A stretch of DNA of 64,000 nucleotides from a virus. Each line of letters opens with the position of its first letter. Position 1 is the stretch's first letter. Below the pieces are notes generated by a model, which was not told the DNA's origin, searched no databases, and was given only the letters and a program-made list of their open reading frames with translations. Position numbers and translations under genes: made by a program. Location: positions 22,554 through 86,553 of the IMG/VR virus record IMGVR_UViG_3300028581_000026, one strand, 5' to 3'. Of this stretch, positions 36,932 to 45,681 are shown piece by piece.

Positions 36932-38296
36932 TTATTTTTTAATTAATTTTAATCTTTCACATCTTTCTTCAATAGTTTGTATGTCTTCCTCTGTTAGATT
37001 TAGATATTTGTAAATGTTTTCATCATCTACTTTCTCTAATTTTGAAAAATCAATATGTGGAACTAGAGATAGTGTAGATATTGTAATTGTCTGTTTATTT
37101 TTTATAAGAGAAACACAAAATCTGAAAACCTTTGTATTAATATAATTAAAGAAATTAATCATATCATTCTTATTATTGAAATTCCAATTAACTAAACTTT
37201 GATTACAAATTTCCCCAACATTTCCAATGAGAACTCTACCCATGGAATATGGATTGGCACCATATTTTGATGTTGTGAATATTTTATAAAGATTGAAATC
37301 ATTCTTGATCCTATCAGTTAAATATTCATTTGGTAAATATTTAACAGAACCTTTTTGTTCAGAAACATGACATTTCACACAATGTCCATTATCAATATCA
37401 ATAAGTCTATTATCATTTGATGATAAATTATAATATGATTGAGGTCTAAAATTCAACATATCTAATTTATCAAATTTTAAAAATTTATCCAAAACCTTTA
37501 ATTCATTTGTATTTAATTCATATGGTAAAAAGTTCAAAGCAACTTTTCTATTATAAGCAACACCATTTAATTCAAATGTATCTTTTGTGTTTTCATTATC
37601 AATAACAAAATATGAAACACCTCCTGATATTTCAGTTCCCTTAAACGGATTTCTGGAATAATGAACAATTTTATCAACATTATAACCATTAATCATCTTT
37701 TCCCTGAATTTTTTATGTGATGGAAGGTTCATCCAATTAGATTTAGTAATCATAATTACATATCTATCCGCTAACTCAAAAGCCTTATCTACGAATTCTG
37801 GATATATACTAGAGGATCTGTTTCCACCTTCGCCACGAACTCCGTTATATGGTGGATTTGTTATAACACAAGTAAATTTCTTTTTCAATTCATCTAAATT
37901 ATTTTTTTCATCAAGGATGTTATAATTATATCTATTAAAATCCAATAAGTTTTTAATTTTTAGTATCTTTTGAACCTTTATCATAGTTGATTTAGCAATA
38001 TCTACCTGTGCTTTTGAAATATCATTTCCAGCAATTTTACTATGTATAAATTTATTTCTTTCTTCATTATCTGGAATTATATTTTCTAAAAAATTCCAAA
38101 ATTCTAAATATAAACACAACAAAAATGTTCCTTTCCCACAACAAATATCTAAATATGAAAAATTAACATTAAATTTTTGAGAAATCAAATCTCTACAAAC
38201 AGAAATAGGAGTCATCGTTGATGAATCCGAACTTTCTAATTTATCTATTTGCTTGAATAGGATATCTATTCGCAATTGTTGTTCTTTTGAAATCAT
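36932..38296 (-). CDS. Eco57I-like N6-adenine methyltransferase with C-terminal TRD
   Basis: MTP, YLDICCGKGTF, VITNPPY, GTEISGGV, IYKYLNLTEEDI. Confidence 0.9.
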   Translation of the reverse strand: MISKEQQLRIDILFKQIDKLESSDSSTMTPISVCRDLISQKFNVNFSYLDICCGKGTFLLCLYLEFWNFLENIIPDNEERNKFIHSKIAGNDISKAQVDIAKSTMIKVQKILKIKNLLDFNRYNYNILDEKNNLDELKKKFTCVITNPPYNGVRGEGGNRSSSIYPEFVDKAFELADRYVIMITKSNWMNLPSHKKFREKMINGYNVDKIVHYSRNPFKGTEISGGVSYFVIDNENTKDTFELNGVAYNRKVALNFLPYELNTNELKVLDKFLKFDKLDMLNFRPQSYYNLSSNDNRLIDIDNGHCVKCHVSEQKGSVKYLPNEYLTDRIKNDFNLYKIFTTSKYGANPYSMGRVLIGNVGEICNQSLVNWNFNNKNDMINFFNYINTKVFRFCVSLIKNKQTITISTLSLVPHIDFSKLEKVDDENIYKYLNLTEEDIQTIEERCERLKLIKK

Positions 38297-38298
38297 TT

Positions 38299-38811
38299 TT
38301 AGAAATTTAGTATTTTACACACATACAACTTATCAATATACTTTTGATCTTTCATTATATTATAAACCATAATGTAATTAAAAGCACTCCACTCGATAGA
38401 TTTACCGATCATTTTTGTATTAACTTCACCTGTGTTAATATCAATTGTTGTGTCAATTTGTATATTAGATGCTTTTGATGTTAGCAATCGTTTAGTATTA
38501 TTAATAAAAGATGAAATTTCTTTTTTCTTAAAAATCAATTTAGAAGTATCAAATCTTTCCAGTTTAGCCAAAAATTCATCCAAATCAACTCTTTTAGTTT
38601 CCACAAAATCGGTAAATTCTTTTGAAATCTTAATATTTGTAAAATCTTCAATTTTTGTTTCAGTTCCATCATTAATTCTATTTTCAGATATTAATGGAAA
38701 AGATTTTAATATTCTATGAAATTCAACATTGCGATTGAAAAATAAATATCTAATACCAAAATATAATGATGGTATTCCAAAAAGTCCTAAAATTGTTAAA
38801 ATTATCTCCAT
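38299..38811 (-). CDS. Hypothetical protein with N-terminal TM helix
   Basis: MEIILTILGLFGIPSLYFGIRYLFF; inside the cassette operon. Confidence 0.7.
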   Translation of the reverse strand: MEIILTILGLFGIPSLYFGIRYLFFNRNVEFHRILKSFPLISENRINDGTETKIEDFTNIKISKEFTDFVETKRVDLDEFLAKLERFDTSKLIFKKKEISSFINNTKRLLTSKASNIQIDTTIDINTGEVNTKMIGKSIEWSAFNYIMVYNIMKDQKYIDKLYVCKILNF

Positions 38812-38813
38812 AA

Positions 38814-40964
38814 TTAGTTATATAAATATTCGTTGTTAATATTGAATAAATCAATGCTATCATTAATCTTTTCTTCTAAAATAAATCCTTTATCTAAAAG
38901 AACTTTGAAAGTTTCAACGCCAATTCCTGTTTGTGTCTTAAATTCTTCTTTATAGTTGAATATATCATTTATGTTTGAAATTTTATCCACCACAAAAAGA
39001 AAGTTCTTAAATCTGTTTGTAATCAATCTTGCTTTGATTATATAATCTTCTATTTTTTCAACTTCACCACTTTTACCTTCACTAACTTTTGTTCTTTTAG
39101 AATTTTTGCCCCTACCTTTTGATGATTTATTTAATTCTGTTTGTTCTTCTTTTGTTAAATTACCATGAATATTTTCTAATATTTCCTTAATATCATCATC
39201 AAATTTTCCTATATTTAACATAGATAAAGAACCAAAATAATCAGTTAAAATTCTATTAAAATGTTCCAATAAATCATCACTTTTCATCTTAACAATAGAA
39301 GCACCATCAACACTAAATATCGGCATACATTTTAACATTTCAGAACTAAATTTAGATGGTTCATATCCAGTATATTTAGATATAATGGTTGAATATTCAA
39401 TATAACATTTCAACATTCTATCTGAGTTAAAATCAACTATATGAACTTTCTCTTTCAAAAATTCACCATAATTGCTAATCCAAGGACTGCCGATTCTCAT
39501 TCCTGTTTGAAACCAATTTTCAGCAGAATATCCATCATCTAACATCCAAACAGATTTCCATTGTTTTACGGTTGAACCAGTATTCCATCTACCACAAGAT
39601 AATGTAATTGTCTTACCAACTTTATTGTAAATTCTATTTTTAGTATCTTCTAAATCCTTTACTTTATCACCAGAAGCATTAACTACTTTATAATCTTTCC
39701 AATAAGGATGTTCAGACAAAACTTTTTCAATAGTATCACAATTTATAATTTGTGGTAAATACCAAAACATATGATTAGTTATTAAACCATTCATACTTGG
39801 ATCTAATTTAATCCATTCCAAAAAATCATATACTAATTTTTCATTAGAAAATAATTTGTAATTTGTAATTTTTTCTTCCTCTGAATAAAATTTCAAGAAT
39901 TTATTTACTAAACTATTATTATACTTACACAAGAAAACTTCAAATTCAGGTAATGAACGATAAATGTCTGTTTCCCAACCACTTTCTTTCTCCAATCTTC
40001 TTTTTAATTGTTCTTGTAGATATGTCCAAGTAAAAACTTCTTCTTTATCATATTTTCCATCTAAAATAGCCTTAAATGGAGTTCCTGATAAGGCAAGTTC
40101 ATAATCATAATTTAATTTTGATAAGAAGTTTTTAGATCTTTCAGTTTCATAACCATAGTGCATTTCATCCGAAATAACTAAATCAATTCTTTGTTCAAAA
40201 ACTGGATTCCATTTGTCTTTATGTTGTTTTATAATATTTCCTTCATCATCTTTAACTTCTCCCAGAGCATCCTGAAATGAAGCAAATATAATTTGAACTT
40301 TATCAGTTTCTTCAAATTTAACTTCATCTAATCCAATTGATTTTTTGAAAACAAAATCTTTGAATTCAATATGATCTATATCATCTTGCCAACTTTCAGC
40401 AACACCATTTGGTTTATATGTTAAAACAAGAACTCTTTTGAATTCCATATTTTTAACAATTCTATAAGAAATATGACATTTACCAGAACGCATTTTAGCA
40501 TTAACCAATGCTCTTACAATCTTTCTTTTTTCGGTTCTACTAATATTCAATTTGAATAATTTACAAACACCATCAACAATATCTTTTTGTTCTTCTCTTG
40601 GTGGATAAGTTTTCAATTTTTTTGTTCCATATAGAATATCATTAACTTCTCTTGTTGCTTGCTCTATTGTATCAAATTCAAAAAATTCTCTATCTCTATC
40701 CTCTCTATATTTAGGAAAACCTCTTTTTTCAAGTTCAGGATGGACTTCTTTATCTGATAAAGGTGAATTTTTCCAAACTTTTAGTATAGTTGGCTTTTCA
40801 AAAACAAAAGTCCCATCAAGTGTTTCAACTCGGACATCAGCATCAATTGCTTCTCCAACTTTAATAATACAACCTCTTCTTAATGGTTCTAATCCGTGTT
40901 CTGTTCTATCCAAATCAGCAGGATATTGTAAAGTTTTAGTTGATATAAGGTATAAATCTTTCAT
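38814..40964 (-). CDS. T5orf172/GIY-YIG-like nuclease fused to SF2 (ResIII-like) helicase; putative restriction subunit
   Basis: IKVGEA...R...DKEVH...REFF; PREEQ, NAKMRSGK, DEMHYG, LSGTP, QTGMRIGSP. Confidence 0.88.
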   Translation of the reverse strand: MKDLYLISTKTLQYPADLDRTEHGLEPLRRGCIIKVGEAIDADVRVETLDGTFVFEKPTILKVWKNSPLSDKEVHPELEKRGFPKYREDRDREFFEFDTIEQATREVNDILYGTKKLKTYPPREEQKDIVDGVCKLFKLNISRTEKRKIVRALVNAKMRSGKCHISYRIVKNMEFKRVLVLTYKPNGVAESWQDDIDHIEFKDFVFKKSIGLDEVKFEETDKVQIIFASFQDALGEVKDDEGNIIKQHKDKWNPVFEQRIDLVISDEMHYGYETERSKNFLSKLNYDYELALSGTPFKAILDGKYDKEEVFTWTYLQEQLKRRLEKESGWETDIYRSLPEFEVFLCKYNNSLVNKFLKFYSEEEKITNYKLFSNEKLVYDFLEWIKLDPSMNGLITNHMFWYLPQIINCDTIEKVLSEHPYWKDYKVVNASGDKVKDLEDTKNRIYNKVGKTITLSCGRWNTGSTVKQWKSVWMLDDGYSAENWFQTGMRIGSPWISNYGEFLKEKVHIVDFNSDRMLKCYIEYSTIISKYTGYEPSKFSSEMLKCMPIFSVDGASIVKMKSDDLLEHFNRILTDYFGSLSMLNIGKFDDDIKEILENIHGNLTKEEQTELNKSSKGRGKNSKRTKVSEGKSGEVEKIEDYIIKARLITNRFKNFLFVVDKISNINDIFNYKEEFKTQTGIGVETFKVLLDKGFILEEKINDSIDLFNINNEYLYN

Positions 40965-41139
40965 TCTTTATTTATAAAATAAGTTAATATCCAAAGTGTA
41001 AAAATACAAAAAATTCCTTAAAATAAAAAATTTAAGGACACAAAGATTAAAAATTATTAAAAATTTCCCTCCCTTCTTTTTTCTAAAATTTTCTTTCAGT
41101 TCTACGATTAAACATTCTGCCTCAATAATTCACACCTAC

Positions 41140-41269
41140 ACATAACAAGGTGTATATGTAATGTGAGGTTCAGTAGTTAATTTAACATTTGTTCTTCTAA
41201 TTAGGTTCATCGGTTAAGTCAAGTTTAGTGTTTCAAATCTCACACTACATATACACCCAACCGTTATAA
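41140..41269 (+). other. attC-like recombination site (130 bp)
   Basis: R'' ACATAAC (41140-46); arms GGTGTATATGTAATGTGAG (41149-67) and CTCACACTACATATACACC (41239-57), 18/19 complementary; R' GTTATAA (41263-69). Confidence 0.75.
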
Positions 41270-41313
41270 AACATTATAAACGACCACCCCATTCAAATTT
41301 TATATCATCAACA

Positions 41314-42087
41314 TTATAGTGATAAGTTGAAAACTTCATTAAATAGTTTATTTAAATTCTCTACTTTCTCATTATCAACAACTCCATTATCAATATATAA
41401 GTTCCTATTTACTTCAATCATTATACTATAAACATTTTTATTGTTGTAATAGTTAATTGGGACAATTGTACCAAAATAAGGGGTATCTATTTCAATGGAA
41501 TAACCTTTTTCTTTAATAAAAGAAAACAAAAAATTACTTAACCAATTAGGGGTATGGATTTTATCCGTACCTAAACAAAAATTAGGTCTTATTGATTCTT
41601 GTACTAAATCAGATTTGAATGGGGTATCAGAATATGAATGACAATCAATTATGATAGCTAAACCATTCTTTTCAATTTTTTCTTTAACCAATGAACTTAA
41701 AGAATTGTGATGTTTTTTATAATATTGTTCAAATATAATTTCTTTACTTGTCGTTTCTCTAAGTAGTTCTCCTGAATCAGTTTTGGTGTAATAAAACCCC
41801 CTTCCATACTGGAACATAATTTCATTTTCATCGTCAAGTCTTTCAACATCACAAAAAACTCGACTATATGGGAATATTATTTTACTTGTCCCTTCAATAT
41901 TAAAAATTTCATCTGTCGCAAAATCCGTTAATAAATCAATCTCTTTATTAGTTAAATCGATATTAACATAGTCAGTTAAATATTCTTTTGGTATTTCAAT
42001 TTTGGAATGTGGAATATGAAAAATAAATGAGTCTTTAATGACATCACTAAATAAATTTATACCCAATAGGGTATTACCCTTTATCAT
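41314..42087 (-). CDS. N-formylglutamate amidohydrolase (HutG-like)
   Basis: HIPH, TD..TD, SRVFCDVER, YYKKHH, IDCHS, FCLGT, PYFG, IMIEVNR. Confidence 0.88.
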   Translation of the reverse strand: MIKGNTLLGINLFSDVIKDSFIFHIPHSKIEIPKEYLTDYVNIDLTNKEIDLLTDFATDEIFNIEGTSKIIFPYSRVFCDVERLDDENEIMFQYGRGFYYTKTDSGELLRETTSKEIIFEQYYKKHHNSLSSLVKEKIEKNGLAIIIDCHSYSDTPFKSDLVQESIRPNFCLGTDKIHTPNWLSNFLFSFIKEKGYSIEIDTPYFGTIVPINYYNNKNVYSIMIEVNRNLYIDNGVVDNEKVENLNKLFNEVFNLSL

Positions 42088-42100
42088 ATTTTATTAAAAT

Positions 42101-42708
42101 TTATATGGTTTTCAAATAAAATCTTATACTCTCTCTTATTTTTAAATCTTCATCAATACAATCTTTATGTTTTCTGAAAATTACATCAGATTTTCCATAT
42201 TTTTTTTCAAATTTACCTCCTTCATCATATTGAGGATCAAATTCATATCTGTCATATTCAACAAACCCCAATTTCTCATACAGTTTACTAAGAAATCCAT
42301 CAAAATGGTCTAAATAACAACCACCATTTTTTATCGACGATTTCATTAAATCGTCCCCAATCCCTTTAACATTCGGTTCATTATTGAAAACTGAAACAAT
42401 CTCAGAAAATTCTCCATCTTTTTTCTTCAATGCGTAACCAATGTCGTAATTTTTAAGTTTGAACAATTTCATTTCTTCTAATTCTGGAATTGAGTACGAA
42501 GTAAGCATTTCCATATGTTTACTTTTGCCAATAGCATCATAAAAACTTTTGGCATCTTGTGGTTTCTCCCAATTATCTGATTCAATGGCTTTGATTACTT
42601 TATTTTTTTTACATCATCGTTCTCATTTATATTATAACTTTTAAATAAACTAGTAAAATTTAAATGTTGTTCGACTAATTTTAAATATTTTTTTCTTTTC
42701 AAGTACAT
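42101..42708 (-). CDS. GNAT-like protein interrupted by a frameshift at an A8 run (42603-42610)
   Basis: Upstream 37-aa ORF from ATG 42708 joins the 42101-42514 frame after a -1 shift; GIGDDLMKSSIKNGGCYLDHFDGFLSKLYEKLGF. Confidence 0.6.
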
Positions 42709-42793
42709 AATTGTTTTTTATATAAATATAATCAGCCAAATTAATTTTATTAACTATCAAATAATTTGAAGACCTCATACCAAGTTGATTTTC

Positions 42794-43072
42794 TTATGTT
42801 GTCGGTTTTTCATCGATTAAATACTTGAATCGGCTATTCCCAAATTCATCTATAATCATTACCCTCCCATCAATGTCTGTTTCTTCAAATATTAATTCGT
42901 TTTTATAATAAGTTGAAGTATATACCTTAGTACCTTCATTATTTCCATGTCGACATTCAACTCTACTTGTACCATCATCCCATAATAATATTGTAATTGT
43001 GTATGAACAATTTGGAAATCGTTGTATAATATCATTTTTTACTAATTCTATTTGTCTTTCAATTTCAATCAT
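42794..43072 (-). CDS. Hypothetical protein
   Basis: 92-aa ORF. Confidence 0.6.
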   Translation of the reverse strand: MIEIERQIELVKNDIIQRFPNCSYTITILLWDDGTSRVECRHGNNEGTKVYTSTYYKNELIFEETDIDGRVMIIDEFGNSRFKYLIDEKPTT

Positions 43073-43271
43073 ATTCTTGATTAATTCGTTTTAATAAATG
43101 TTCATCAGATTGATAATCAACGGATCTGACATCATCACCAACAAAGGCATCAATTCTTCCCAACTTATATGCTCTCATTAACATTGATTCCTCAAATTCC
43201 CTTGTTTCACCTTCCAATTCATCGGAGAAACCCAACATATAAGTCTCCAATAATATCTTGTTATCTATCAT
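43065..43271 (-). CDS. Hypothetical protein
   Basis: 68-aa ORF. Confidence 0.6.
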   Translation of the reverse strand: MIDNKILLETYMLGFSDELEGETREFEESMLMRAYKLGRIDAFVGDDVRSVDYQSDEHLLKRINQEYD

Positions 43272-43498
43272 TTGTCAAACAATTTGAAGTCCTCATTAAC
43301 GTGTCCGCAATCATCACAACGATAAGTTGGAAATGGTACTAAGGTGTCTTCTAATGCTCCAGTGAAGAGTTTTGATACTCTCTTAATCATCACAACTTCT
43401 TTAAAATACATTGACCCACAACTTTCACATACAACGGTTGGTTGTTGTTTTAAATCAATCTTGGGTAGGTTTTGTTCGGTATTAATTAGATTTTCCAT
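43268..43498 (-). CDS. Zinc-ribbon protein
   Basis: CESCG...CDDCGHVN. Confidence 0.75.
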   Translation of the reverse strand: MENLINTEQNLPKIDLKQQPTVVCESCGSMYFKEVVMIKRVSKLFTGALEDTLVPFPTYRCDDCGHVNEDFKLFDK

Positions 43499-43667
43499 AT
43501 TATTTTTTATATATTAATTCAAATGTTTTAGGGTTTACACCAATTATTTCTCTATTTGAGACAAATTTAACACCATTGTATTCAAACATAAACCTTTTCT
43601 TAAGTTTATTCGTTACAAATCTGAAATCATCAAAATAATCCTTTTCCGTCATTTGTTTTTCCATTAT

Positions 43668-44513
43668 TTAAAATATTTTAAGTTTTGCTACTTGTGAAAT
43701 AACATTCATCGGAATTCTAAATTCCTCAAATGTCCCATCGTCCTTCAATAATATTATAATCGCACCAAAAAGTCCAATTTTTTCATATTTACTTCCCTCC
43801 AACATTTTAAATAATAACCTTAAATATAATGGAAGTTGAACATAATAATGCCCCAACGCATTATTGGGTAAATTACCAAATGGATCTTTCATTGGTTTGG
43901 TAAAATGATTGGATTCGAAGTTCTTAGGTTTATTCGTTTTATAATCTGTACAGAATATTCCAATCGTATTTTTCTCCTTGTTCTCAATCAACCACATCTT
44001 ATCTGGTTGTCCAACATATTTCAATTCATTATCCCCCAATACCATCTCCGTATCTAGTAATAGAGCGCCTCTTTTCTTCATTAATTCCAAGAAATCTATA
44101 CCAGCATTAACCATCCTGTCACTCTTCAATATCTGTTCAAAATCACAATCAAAGATGGGTTGTCTGACTTCTTTATTAATACCAAACATTTCCAATGATT
44201 TTCGTTCTAGTAAGTAGTGAGTTCTACTACCCAAATTGGTGGAGTATGTACCAGCATCAGACCATTCTTTTAATAGTTTTTGTTGTTCATCAACATCCCC
44301 CTTTGCTTTCTTTAAAGCAATTTCCTCAGCAGGAAATTCATCATAATATTTTTTAATTACCTTGGAAACTGAAAGCCAATCATCCTTTAATATATTATCA
44401 ACATCCAACATTGTATATTGGTGTTTTTCTTCCTCAAATGTCAATTGTAGTTCTTGTTGTCTTTTTCTAACAATCTCCAATATCTCGTCTCTAACCTTAA
44501 ATAAATCTGTCAT
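43668..44513 (-). CDS. PD-(D/E)XK exonuclease (RecB/Cas4-like)
   Basis: GSRTH, TEMVL, GQPDK, DYKTNK, YYVQLPLY. Confidence 0.85.
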   Translation of the reverse strand: MTDLFKVRDEILEIVRKRQQELQLTFEEEKHQYTMLDVDNILKDDWLSVSKVIKKYYDEFPAEEIALKKAKGDVDEQQKLLKEWSDAGTYSTNLGSRTHYLLERKSLEMFGINKEVRQPIFDCDFEQILKSDRMVNAGIDFLELMKKRGALLLDTEMVLGDNELKYVGQPDKMWLIENKEKNTIGIFCTDYKTNKPKNFESNHFTKPMKDPFGNLPNNALGHYYVQLPLYLRLLFKMLEGSKYEKIGLFGAIIILLKDDGTFEEFRIPMNVISQVAKLKIF

Positions 44514-45418
44514 CGTATTGTTATATAATATTCATTAATGTTTCCCCTCAAATCGGCAATATCTTTATCAAGGGGTAATTTAACAACCCTTATTCTTCCA
44601 TATAAGTTCCCACCATTTAATTCGTGGTATAATTTTATTGTATTTTCATAAGCATCACCATCCAACGCAATCGTTATTTCCCCTTTTGTTTTCTCATATA
44701 AGGTATCAAATAATAATGAACTCATATGTTTTCCTAACATTGGGATGCTATTCGGAATGAAAATGGAATCAAATGCCCCTTCAACCAAAGTTATATCTTT
44801 TTCCCAATCTATCAAACTTTCAAAGAAGATGATTTTATCTTTTTCAGCTTCAGGGTTCTTGTATTTGGCTCTACTATGTAAATCCCAACTTCTGGCAATA
44901 TAATAATTTAATTCATCCTTTTTATCATAGGAGGGGATTATTATTCTTCCTAAATGACTTCCATTATCACAAAAACCAATTCCATATCTTTCAATCATTT
45001 CATCGGTTATCCCCCTATTTGTTAAATAATTATACGCTTGTCTTCTTACTGGGTAGATACTTGAAACTTCGTTAAACTTTTTGAAATGTTCAGGTAGTTT
45101 TAATTTGGGTATTTTTTTATTTATTGGTTTTATTTCATCTGGTGCTAATAAAGAATATGTTTTATAGTGGGACTTCTTACCATATTTTTTAATTAGATGG
45201 GGTAATGACCCGTGCATATTGTTTGTGTCACCACAAGACCAACAATGATAAACGTGTTGGAAGTAATTTATTTCTAGGTTTCCTTTGTGTTTTCCATCAT
45301 CACAAATTGGGCAATTGACCGAAAGTTGTCCCTTGGATTCATAATGTCGTTTTTCTTTCCCAAAAATTTCTTTAAGGATATCAACGATTATTTCATTATC
45401 ATCTAACATATTATTCAC
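44510..45418 (-). CDS. dnaG: DNA primase (zinc finger plus TOPRIM)
   Basis: CPICD...YHCWSC, YLTNRGI, RIIIPSY, KYKNP, LVEGAFD, LDGDA. Confidence 0.92.
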   Translation of the reverse strand: MNNMLDDNEIIVDILKEIFGKEKRHYESKGQLSVNCPICDDGKHKGNLEINYFQHVYHCWSCGDTNNMHGSLPHLIKKYGKKSHYKTYSLLAPDEIKPINKKIPKLKLPEHFKKFNEVSSIYPVRRQAYNYLTNRGITDEMIERYGIGFCDNGSHLGRIIIPSYDKKDELNYYIARSWDLHSRAKYKNPEAEKDKIIFFESLIDWEKDITLVEGAFDSIFIPNSIPMLGKHMSSLLFDTLYEKTKGEITIALDGDAYENTIKLYHELNGGNLYGRIRVVKLPLDKDIADLRGNINEYYITIR

Positions 45419-45462
45419 AAAGTTTTACTACCTAATATATTTATTAAAAACAATTTTGTCAA

Positions 45463-45678
45463 ATGCCAACAACAATAACAATAAATGATGTAACTGGAGC
45501 AACACCTTTTGACATTTATTTATGTGATGATCCTTTAACCACTTGTGTTTATGTTGATACCTATAGTGGTGGAACATACTCATTTGATGTACCATTAATT
45601 ATGGATGGTCAATTATCATATAATATTAAAGTTGTTGATGATAATAATTGTGAAATAATCTCCAATTTAGTAGTTTAA
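45463..45678 (+). CDS. Small putative virion protein
   Basis: 71 aa; paralogous pattern to 47750-48049 (PF/YxIYxCD...C...KV...C). Confidence 0.7.
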   Translation: MPTTITINDVTGATPFDIYLCDDPLTTCVYVDTYSGGTYSFDVPLIMDGQLSYNIKVVDDNNCEIISNLVV

Positions 45679-45681
45679 CAA

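Larger units (their letters stand above)
36121..41269 (+). mobile_element. Integron-type gene cassette (about 5.14 kb) carrying a restriction-modification-like module in reverse orientation
   Basis: Starts G|TTATGTGTAAGTGTG; ends CACACCTACACATAAC followed by an attC-like hairpin closing at CCG|TTATAA. Confidence 0.7.

Noticed and set aside
36121-41146. Classical transposon defined by terminal inverted repeats
   Set aside because: No transposase inside and no target-site duplication; the adjoining attC-like hairpin and G|TT ends fit a cassette better.
42632-42638. TTATAAC as the R'' of a second cassette
   Set aside because: Lies inside the 5' part of the frameshifted GNAT-like gene and is not followed by a palindrome.
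43668-44513. Cas4 as part of a CRISPR system
   Set aside because: No Fe-S cysteine cluster, no array; sits beside primase, as expected for a phage recombination exonuclease.
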